Positions 24,672 through 36,600 of a stretch of 64,000 nucleotides of DNA are shown here, piece after piece (within the stretch, counting starts at the first letter, position 1; each line of letters starts with the position of its first letter). The DNA is taken from assembly GCA_012295275.1 (NCBI GenBank), contig CM022673.1, positions 19,654,001-19,718,000 of the forward strand, given 5' to 3'. This DNA comes from Chrysomallon squamiferum (taxonomy: Eukaryota > Animalia > Mollusca). Made by a program: the position numbers and the translations under genes. The notes beneath the pieces were generated by a model that saw only the letters and a list, made by a program, of their open reading frames with translations, had not been told where the DNA came from and searched no databases.

Positions 24672-27600
24672 ATGAAAGAAACTATTTCAACAATGAATGA
24701 TGATAGCAGATCTGCTGTAAATGTAAAGAACAAATCTATGGTTGAAATGGACAACAGACTATTTACAGTACTTACTGAAAACAAAAGGAAACAAAACAAA
24801 AGCAGGTAAATAATAGGAATAATGTAAACATACATGCACACATACACAGACATGTATACACGCACTCTTCTACTTGGTCTTTTGATTCATATAACTAAGG
24901 GTGTCGAATAATAAAAATAATTTAATGAGTAAATTTAATTTTTATTGGAATGAACAATACAAACTATAAAATACAACTGTTAAAATCAGTTTGAGAACAT
25001 TGTTAGGCAGCAGGGTATACTATATTCTTTTTTATTTCCAATGGGAATGAAATTTAGTAAATGCTTTCCAGTACCATCTGTTGAACATCCAGCATGGAGA
25101 TGACAATAGATTTCCAGTATTTTTTTAGACATAAAGATAACATCAAGGATTGGGGAGTTTTGATGACAATTTCTAAAGTGACGAACATAGATTATATCAT
25201 GGTTATGTCTTAAGACACAAACACTGTTGATTCAAGTATTAATGTTTGTATTGCTTGATACTTGGTAAATAATAATTATTGACAAGTATATGTGAACAAA
25301 GATTCAGATGATTTGAAATAAGGTGTCCTGGTAACAAGCATTTTCAAATGAAAGAAAACATAATAAGAGTTGAACATTTTGACTTTATGTATACCTTAGT
25401 TATTTGTTTGTCACTCATACTCAGTGACCAAAAATTTGATGTAAATGTAATAATTTCACATGGATTTATACCCAGAAATGCCTTGTATGTTGTGTATGAT
25501 TTATATGCAGAATACATTACCGTTTTGTTAGTAAGTAACTCAGTAAAGTCAATAATGACTGACAGTTTCAATATTTACATTAAACTATGTTAGCAGACTG
25601 GTTCACTTGTTTGCATGGACATACAAATAAAAAGGCATATTTGATGCATAAATAGTCTATCCATCTAGATGCTATTGTTAAATCCATGACAGAATTTTTA
25701 TGTAACTTGGTATAGTTGTTAAGTGGGATCCTACAGCACCAGATCTGAAATTTTAGGCCAATCAGACCAGTAGTGTGGGAGATATGGCCCTCCGAATTTT
25801 GATATGTTTGGCAAAAATGGGCATGACCACCAACCTTTGAACCCTCATATCTCGGGAACTACTGGGTCAGTCTTCATTAAATTCGGATTGTTGAAAAGGC
25901 AATATGACAAGGATTCCAAATCTGCCATTATTGTTATAAATTTGGGGGTCACTGACCATTTGACCTTTGTTCTGACCTTGAAATTGACCGTGTGGATCAT
26001 GTGACCTGGAGAAGACCTTTATTGAAATTTAACTAAAACATATAAAAGTTTCCTGGGTGTAATATTTTTTGTTTAATCACAATATAGATTTACAAAATGC
26101 ATGTCCATGAAAATAACACCTTTTCTGCCATTAACATCTGATTAACTAAAACCTGAATGATCAATTCTGGATGCTAGGAATCACCATCTCTCTTGATCAC
26201 TGAGTAAGACATTGTAGGCCTACGTGTATGCATAAAGTTCACATAAATTTGAGAGAACTAGGTGTTTCTGATGCTTAACCTGCTCACCATCTTTGTTTTG
26301 AATGCTCACTGTATCCTTCATATTTCCTCCTTCAATTCATTTGACAGAACTTTCCCTTGTATCTTATCACCATTGGATAGAAGCCCATTCTCTTTCTTCA
26401 CAGCACAGCTTTTTTTCACAAGGTAATTTGTTGTTTCAAATTCATTCATTGTCCTCTCAATGGTAAAGGGTGACAAAGTCAAGATTTGCACACGCTCTGG
26501 GTAGGATTCGGACTTGTTGAATTTCTCTTTTAATTCCTCCAACATGTTCCTGAAAAAAATGAAGGTCACTTTCAGGAGAATGAAGTGGAATATCATAGAC
26601 TGTTTCAAGATATCATTTTAATGTTACTGTAGCTGATGCTAGTTTTTTCTGTCCTTTCATTCGTTTACTGGAACTTGCTAGTGAATGGAGTTTAACAGGA
26701 GTTTTGCCTTAATTCGACAGGATAGAATTCAAATCAAAGTCCTTTTCTGGGGAAACAACAACCGGTGGATGTCTGTAGGCTAATCAAACAGTCACAGCAC
26801 AACTTTGTCTCCTGGCACTAGTGTCTTTGAATTTACTAAGCCTATGCTAACAATTCTTAAAGATCTAGTGCCTGCTTGCTTAGGATGGTGATTAAGGGGA
26901 TCACAACACTTTTTCCACAATGTTGAAAACGTGATTAAAAGTTCTTGTTCATGATGTGAACAGATACTCTTGATGTCCCATGTTTTGATCCCTCTTCGAA
27001 GAGTGAGGAGTTCGATTTCCTCAGTTTTCCATACACTTTGCAAAAACTCCTTTTTGGTATGATTGTTTTGATAACACACATTTTCAGGAGAGTAAAAGCT
27101 GCAGTTAGCCCTGGAAGAAATAAGGATTTTCAGTATTGCCTGCACCTTCAATTCAATAGAACAAAGTCATTGCTTTCCTAAATATCAAATCAAACCCTGA
27201 AACCCTTTCAGTAAAGTTAAGTAGTTCATAAAATGGCAGCAGAGTGCATGTGTCATGGGCATTTAGGTCAGACTTTTCAAGTATAAATCACAGTTTATCA
27301 AGGTGAAGGTAGACCTTGTTCATACTCTGTGCTGAAGACTGGGTGTACAAATATATTATGCAGTACAACACTTGATGAAGTCTGATTTCAGACTGGGTTG
27401 TACTGTTGTAGACTGAAACCTTGTTCAAAACCATTGGCAAGGCCACATGACATGATAAAATGACTTAATAGGTTTTCTTGAAAACATAATGCTTACATAT
27501 CAACATCTGACATTGTGTCCAACTTGAAAGCCTCAGATTGTCAAAGAAATGCAGATGAAGAAACTTCTTTGTCTTAAACTTTTAATTGCCATGTGCTCAA

Positions 27601-30600
27601 TGGGGATTTCGCCAGTGGATTTCAAGGAGTTCCTGATATGCCTTAACAAGGGTCAAGACCCCCCAGATTTGGAATCCTTGTCATATTGCCTTTTCAACAA
27701 TACCAGTTTTATGAAGATTGGCCCAGTAGTTCCCGAGATATGATGGTTCAAAGGTTGGTGGTCGCCAACAATATCAAAATTTGGGGGACCATATCTCCCA
27801 CACCACTGGTCCAATTGGCCTAAAATTTCAGATTTGGTGCTGTGGGATCCCAGTCAACAAGTATACCAAGTTTCATAAAAATCTGAAACAGTCGGGTTTA
27901 ACCCATTAGGTGATTTGACACTGAATGACCCTATTGTACTACTTAATCCTTTTGAAATTTTAAATCTAAACGTCTAGTTAAAATGCATTAACACCATTAA
28001 AAACTCATCAGTTGTTAAGATTACAAGGCCAACCAGATCTATCATTATTTAATTTTTTTTTCATTAAATAGTATGTTAAAGGTACCACTCTTTGCTAAAT
28101 CAGTGTGAAACATTACCTTGTCTTCAATTGTTACACCTGGCTTCGTTGTCTGGTTCCAACATTTTTGACACTGAAAAATGGTTTTAGATTACTTGTTAAG
28201 TTACTATATGTAAAATCTGTCTCTACCCCAATACTTCTTGAAGGAATAAATGTTTGTGAAGATGAATCTGCTAAGGATCAGTTTGTTCATGCATGTTGAC
28301 CAGGTTAGAAATTGTATCCTGTTTTATTGTCCACATTAATGACTCATTAATGCTGATTTATACGTGCTGAATGCTGATTTATACGTCCTGAAAAGCAGAT
28401 ATATAACATTTTACATTAATTTCAGAATCTGAAGGGTAAATTTCCAAATAAAAGTAATACAAATGTAAATATTGATTAAATATTTAAAAGTACATACTTG
28501 AAATATTTTTCTCAAAAGCACTTGGTAATCTGTTGTATAATAATAAGTATTGTACAGTACTGTGCAGCTGCCTACAAAGTCTTTTCTCAGCTCAGCACAG
28601 ATACACAGTTGTTTAAAGAAGCATATAATATGTACTACAGTAAAGTACAGTATGACATGCTTTCCTATGCATCTCCCTTCAATGTTTTATTTTTAAATTG
28701 AACAAAACTTTGTTTAGTTAAAAACCTCTTGTATTTGAACTGAAAATTATTTTTCTTTTTTCCAAAAAGTCCCTTACAAGTGCAATTTCTGCATGGGAAA
28801 TTGCAGAAAGCATTAAAAGATCTTTACTCATTCATCAGAAAAGAATTTTGACAGTGATCTGCGCTGTTCCTAAGCAAGTGGGTGGAAGAAACTGAACAGC
28901 CAATAGTTATTATAAGTTTATCTTAAAAATGAAACAATAAAGAAGCATTATTTTTATTTATTTATTTTATTTATTTATTTATTTATTTAATTTTTTGTAC
29001 TGCAGATGTTAAAAAATACTTTGAAGGGAGCTAATTTCTGATTCTAGTGATGACTAATATTAGCTTCTTTTTTGCCTACATTTCAGTTTGTTCCAGTGAA
29101 TAATTGCATATGTTTTCTTAAAAGCTTTTCTGATGGTTAAATAAAATCAGGCTAAATAAAATATAAAATGCTTTTTGGTTAGGAGCTGATAAATTGGCAT
29201 GTATTGAAAGTTGTCAGAAGTCAACATCAAATGGTCATATAGAAACTGGATATTCCTCAGAAACTTGACAGAAGTACAAACTGAACTATACCTAGGTTTA
29301 TAACCATATTTTGCCCATAAATATGTGTTGTAATGTGTCTCATGGCAAACAGTTTTTCTCAGCCAGGCAAAGACAAGAAACAGTCTGTTAAAGTATATTC
29401 AGGATGGTTGAAAAAGATTGAGATGCTAACTGTTCAAATTAGTAATTTGGATATGTATGTAGGTGATGAGATTGATGATTTGTCTCAAAATTATTCATAT
29501 TCAAGCCACTGAAAACAAAAAGAATTGCCACATCCCCCTAAATGACTAATTTTGCAATGGGCATATATCCAATTTTGATGAGCTAAATATTTTGAATATG
29601 TTATCAGTAGTTAAAACATTTAACTGAAAAACCTTCTTTTTTTTTTCCTTTTTATTTTTTTGCTTTACCCTATTTAATACATTCATTAAAATCTGGATTA
29701 TTGAAGACTTTCCTTCTGATTGGAGGAAAGCATTTATCATTCCTTTCCCCAAACCTGGTAAGTATCCAACGAATTCATATTAGTTATTGACAAGTTCTGG
29801 TGAGTAATTGCATGGAATGAATGGTCAACAGTTGGCTTGTTTAGTATCTTGTGTCCTCAAAATTGCTTAGTAACATGCAGTATGTATTAGATCTTGTTAG
29901 ATGTCCCGGAAAGCTTTCAGCCTTAATCAGCAATTAGTCTGTCTCTTTTGACATAGAGAAGACTTACAGCATCATTGGGAAGTAAGGGATCATAAAAGAT
30001 CTCCATGGCATTGGCCTCAGAGATCATCTCCACAATTTTATTTCTAATTTTGTGAGAGATCATTCTTTTAAAGTCTGGGTGGAGCCAAATTTTTCTGATC
30101 CCCACCCACAGGAGATGGGTGTATCTCAAGGTAGCATCCTGTCGGTGACATTTTTCTGTGTTTAAAACCTGGTGTTGATTGTTCATTTAGAACCACGTCT
30201 GTTTTCAGACACCTACATGTTTTGTTTTTAACATGTATACTTTTATTTTATGGAATTGAATAATACAGTGTAACAGTGGAAAATAAATTAAATCAGTCAG
30301 CCATTTAATACCTTGCTCAGAGTTTTAGAACTTTGCTCGTTATCTAATTACAAATTGTATTGGTTGACAGTCAAAATTTAGCAACTATTTTGATAGTTTG
30401 ATTTCATTTTCATTGACTAAGGCATTGATTATATTCAACTTTTTTAATAAAATTTATTTATTTCATCAGAATGTAAATCTAAATACAAGTAGACAGTTTT
30501 CTAGCAAAAGGTTTTAAAAAGGATTTTTAAGATCTAAACTGGCAATTAAACTTTGACTTTCTGATAGATATGACCTTGGGATCTTTGATTCATTATAGTA

Positions 30601-33600
30601 GTTTGTGCAAGACATCAGGATATAGTAATACTTTTGTTTACATCTGACATTTTGTTTTTAGCATGTATGTTCTAAAACATAAAATTTCTTCTTACTGTTG
30701 ATAATAATTAATGTTGTTATTATTTTTTATGGACATTCAGGGCCTGTGATTGTGAAACTTCCAGAAAACTGTTTTGTGGTGGAGAAGAACATGATGAAAC
30801 AGAGAATGAGAAACAAGATTATTCAGAGAAGGATCTAAATCTTTACAATAAGAAAGAAAGCACGAATAGGCTAGATGATAACCAACAAAGCAATGATGAA
30901 AACATATTTTCCAAATTTCATAGTAAGAATGAACTCAGTAGAAAATCTGGTGCAGATGTACTGGAAGATCAAACCTCAGTAATTGACAATAAAAAAACTA
31001 GTTATACACCATGTTATCCTTCAAGTATGGGGTTCCAGGTTAATCCTTACAGCAAATTCCAGCATGCTGACAACACCTTGTTTCAAATCATTAGTGATAA
31101 CTCACTCAAAGAATATACAGATCAGAATTTGCAAAAAGAAAAATATACTAATAATAATAGTAATCAAAAAGGGTTTCCTGAAAACCTGAACTTAAATTTC
31201 AATGACAGGAGCATTAATTTGAGTAAGCATCTAACCAGCCTACTTTACAACAGTAATGTAAACAACAGCAGTGATTCTGAAATGTCTGGTTTGAATATGA
31301 TGAAGAGTAAAGGTTTGAAACTTAAGGCAGAAAATTATTCCAAACAAGACAAGAAAAATGATGGTGATAGTAACCACAAATGTGTTGTTGATGAAAATAT
31401 AATTACTGAAAATGATTTGACAGAAGAAAAATTTTCCAAAGAAAAAATGGAAAAAGAAATCATTTATGAAAATGACTTTCCTGAGAATGATGAAAATTTT
31501 TCCAAGGAACAAGTGGAAAAGGAAATCATTTATGAAAATGGCTTGACAGAGGATAATGAAAAATATTTCAAGGCAAAAATGGAAACTGGAACCTTTTATG
31601 AAACCAGCTTTCCAAATAGGATGAGAATAATAATGTCTGCAATTGGAAGTTTGAAAGTATCTGCAGTCAAAATTAATGAAATGAATCATAAGCAACTCTA
31701 CACGATCCCAGTACTATATGTTCTTGAAGCAATGAATAAATCCATGAAAATCATAGAAAATAAGTGCAGAGAATTGTGTGAATTACAAAGACAGCTGGGT
31801 AAATAACTTTTTCACCGATTGTTTCATATTTTTAAAAAGCTTTATATTTATCGTACAATTTTGTCACAATAATGCTTTATTTTTAATTTCTGGTTTTAGA
31901 AAAGTATGTTGTGCAATGTCCGGTTTATACTGTTATAAACCTCAAAACTGTGGCATATAAAGTTCGTTCCTGTGCAGGAAGAAATCTGGGTGGAGGTAAC
32001 TCGTTCAGTAATACATCAAATGGTGGATGTGGGTCTGGTCAGGTATAGTGGTTCTGTTTGATTGATTTTTAAAAATGATGTAATCAGACATGAAATGTTG
32101 TAAAAAAAAAAAGTTTTATATATAATAATAATAATAAATAAATAAATAAAAATATAACATTATATGAACAAGTTAAATGTCAGATTTTTAATTTACTACT
32201 TTCATCACTATAGGTGATGTAAACGTGATAATTTAAAGAAAAAAATTGAAAGCAATATGTTTGGTAAACTGAAAAGTGAAATATAATACACTTTTTTTAT
32301 AAATGAATTTTAAAAATTAAACAGATAATGAAAATAATTTTTAAAGTAATTTAGAAAAATTACTGAATTAACTTTGTTGTTTTATATATAGCGAACTAAT
32401 AAAGATGGATATACAGACAACAATCAACAGAACCAAGATGGATACAATAGGGTTTGTTTTATTTTAACACTTTAATAGTAAAAAAATAGTGCTTTAATGG
32501 TTTTCAGGTTACAATATGGTAGCTTAATCGTTTCAGTTAGCATCTTAATTGATATATGTTTTTTAAATTATTATTATTATTTTCCTTTAATTATGACTAC
32601 ATTTTTTGGACTAAATATATCATTTTAATTTAATCAAGTTATGTTATATTTTAATTATTTAAATCTGATCATAGCATTTGTTTTATTAGTATTATTTATT
32701 GTTACATGGACAATTTTTTTTTTAAATTTTAAATTCATGATTATTTAACTGTATTATTAGCAATTTTCATTTATTGTGTTTTAAAAATATTTGCATTTAT
32801 ATGTACTTCAGTTTAATAGATCTTTGTATTTTGGAGTTTATTTTGATTACAGACTAATAAAAATGCAGTTTTACAAATGTGAAGTTTTTCTTCACTTACG
32901 CTTTAGTGTTAATAATTTTGTGATTTCAGAATAATGGCAATAATAATATGAACCAGCAAGCTCAACCAGCCTGGTCAGTCATAAATTCAGCTTCTCTGCC
33001 ACAAGCTGATTACAAGGCTTACAAGAAAAAACACTCAACAGCCTCACCAGATAGACTTTGTTATATTTTAGGGTCAATGGTAAGCCTCAATGTTCTGATT
33101 AGTGTTTAAGTAAAATTAATAATATACGTTTTTATATAGAGCAGCAGTTTCCAAATTTTTGCCACTTTATGATGTCCCCAAATTTATCTCAGTGCCTCCT
33201 ATTCCTTTGCAATGGCACTAGAAAACTTTAATGAATTTTTATTTAAATGCACATATTGTAAAATAACAGAAACTTTATTGCTTCCTAAAAATTTCCCTTT
33301 GACCAAGATGGGAACCACTGATCTAGGGGATAGCAATATTGTATTAGATTGGTTATAGATATTATGCAAGTTTGACATTGAAAACTGACAAATCAGTTAT
33401 TTATGACAGTAAAACTACCTTTAAAAAAATATGGTCAAATACAATTTGAAAAATGTAGCAAATTGGAAAGTTTGGGTTTTAGTGCTTTGCAAGAATGCAA
33501 TTGATTGTTAATGTTTTTTTTTTTTAATTTACTGTGAAACCATAAAATAAATGACACAACAACAACAGACAGACATCAAGAAAGCAAAAGGCTGCAGTAA

Positions 33601-36600
33601 TCAGCATAGATGTAGTTATCTCCATACTAATTTATTAAATATTTTCCTCCAATTTTACATTTAAACGAAAGAAAAAAAACAACATATTTTTATAGAAAGA
33701 ATTTTGTTGTGTCCAATATGATAATTTTTGAAATGATAATTATTTATAAAATTTTTATTATTATTTTTTTTATTTTTTTTACAGTTCAACTGTTAGTCTG
33801 GCAATTCTGATATCAATAAGATCAAGTGTTATTTCTACTTTTACTAGCTTTATTAATATTATTCTAAATAATTCACCTATACACTCTTATTTGAATAAAA
33901 AAATAATAATAAATTAAAAAAATTAAAAAATAATTTAAAAATTCATTTATTTTGTTAATCCTTAGAATTTCACTGACACTTCAAAAGAAGAAGGGTTTTA
34001 TTTCTGTGGGGAAATGGTTACAAAAAACAAACATTGTATATGTATGTATGTTTATAGCTGAGTTATGAAAAATTTGTAAAATATCTATTAGCTTTAAAGT
34101 TTTATAGGCAAAACACCCCATGAAAACAAATAAAACTATTCTTTGAATTTCATGAAAATTTAAACCTTTGAAGTTAAATACCCTTGGTTAATTAACTTGA
34201 TGTGATATCTAAAATACATAAAAACTGACAGCCAGATATTGCATAGGAGATTCCAAAATATGTTGTTTTTATTACTGCAAACTGATTAGATTATCCTAAT
34301 AAATGGATTGGTACATGAAAACCTGAATTAAAATATTCTTTTTATATCATTGGAGAATAGGGATTTTTATTACTAACATATCTGAAGGATATTTAAAGTT
34401 TGTTATATGTTTTGGATTTCTACTCTACACTGATTATTTTTGTTCTTTTTTAATTGACAGGCACATGAAAACACTGACGGAATGACAAAGGTGTTTTCCG
34501 CACAGACAGAAATAAATGATTGTCTGGAAATACTTTTTCATAATGTTGTAATGCAGCTGGATTCATTCGATTGCTTCATTTGCAACACACTCCATGCTTT
34601 GATGTGCCACTTTGCCAAAGCACAGCATATATTTATGTCATGCCCAGAATGTAGACAAATATTTCTCTTAATGCAATGGCATATTAAAGAATGTACAACC
34701 AGTGAGACCACAACATCATCAGATATCTGTTTCCAGATAAAGAAAGAACTGGAATTTGGAACCTTTAAGACTGAGCCACAAGTAAAGCTTTGGCGCAAGT
34801 TACTCAAGTGTTTGGGGACCATTCTTTGTTCTTCTGATATCTTCTGTCACCTTTCTGATACATCTTTTCATGATACAGAAGACAAGAAATGTAGTTATAT
34901 GTGTTCTGATAAAAACACTGGCAGTTACAAGAGTTATATTGAAAATACAGCAGCATGTGGTGTTAATAATGGTTGTTATGGCAGCAGCAGTTCTTCAAGT
35001 TTTGCCCCAGCAAACACCAAATCATTAGTGGCCTATTCTGGGCGAAATATTCCAGAGGAAAAGGGCGGAATTGTGGAGGTGAAGAAGCTAACCGAGCCTG
35101 ATAGTAACAAGCAGACACAGTCCTTTTCTCCTTTGATTGATCCAATAACTAAGCAGTCAACAGATATCAGTTATATGTCACCACAATGTAGTTTTGAGAG
35201 TGAGTCACCATCTGCAGGTCAGCCAATAAATAACATTTATGAACAGTGTCAGGATAACACGAAACAACCACTGTCCAATGAAATATCATATGGAACTCAG
35301 CCAAGGACATATGGAGGCCATGAACTTATAAGTTTGCCTATTAATGCACCTGGTAACTATTAAATATTTAAATTTATGAATATAGTTGGTTTAGATTTAT
35401 ATTTTAGTTGAGACTACAAAATAAAGAATTTTTAATCTGAGGTTTGTGAAGCAGTCTTTTGGTCATTAACTTTGATTTCAATCTATTTCATTTCAGGAAA
35501 GGACTGGGCTTTTGAGATATGTAATCATTAGCTTGTTATTATTATTATTTAATTTTTTTATTAAGCAGGTTTAAGAGGAACTCTTCAGATGCTTTCCCTG
35601 GAAACCAGACCAGTAGGAGAACCAGGAATTGGAGAAGTTGTTTATGGAACCAGGAATCAATTGCTTAGAGTGGCAAGGCATTGGACCCGATTAAAGTCAA
35701 GTATGGAAAACACAGGGAAACTGCTAAGTCAGCTTCGAGAAGAAGGTGTTATCTTAGACGAATACAAAGTGATTATCCAGTTATTTAATAATTATTTACC
35801 TTTTCTCACATATTGAGTTCGTAGAAAATTGTTAGGGATCTTTTTGTTGCCTTTTTGATGGCATTTTTTGTTGTTGTTTTCTGTAGTTAGAAAAACATGT
35901 TTTGATGATTACTTTTTTCATTTACAACAGTTTTTGTGTTTATATTACCAGAGTATTTGAAAAATATTTGTGTTACTATTACATATTTTTAATAATACTT
36001 TAATAAAATCAGTTTTGGTGCAAATTACCTGAAATGACCCTTTTTAATTTTTGTTATATCTTCTTTTTTTTTTTAGCAGTATACAATGGATGTTGAAAAT
36101 ACTTTAATATTTAATCTCTGAGACCAATTTTTTGTTTTTCAAATATTATTTTACAGAAATATTTTATAATTTTGAGGACCCGGTTTCAGAAACATCATCA
36201 GTGGCAGCGATTAACACATCTAGGAAATGGAACATCAGGGAAATGCCATCTTGCAATGGATAAGACATCAGAGTTTAAATTCTGTGTTAAGCAAGTATGA
36301 ATCATTATGTTTGGACTTTTTTAAAAGTTAAAATCAATAAAAAAATAATAATAATACTAAAAATAAATAAGAAAAAAGAAAGAAAAAAAGAACATAGAAA
36401 ACCCAAAACAAACCAAACAAAAGGAAAAGCAGTGAATAATAAGGCTGTGACAGACATCAATAAAGAAAACTTTAAAATAATAAGCTCACTATGAACAAAG
36501 CAAAAATATTTAATTTGATCAAAGTTAATGCATAAGAAATATAAATGAATACATTATTCTGATATATATCTGTTAAAATATCAAGGTTTGTAATTTTTTC

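Noticed and set aside
28349-28392. 21-bp tandem duplication (also a similar one at ~3923-3967) as a CRISPR-like array
   Set aside because: Only two adjacent copies with no spacers, in a eukaryotic context; simple slippage duplications.
31240-31695. 151-aa antisense ORF
   Set aside because: Shadow of the repetitive, A-rich kinase exon on the other strand.
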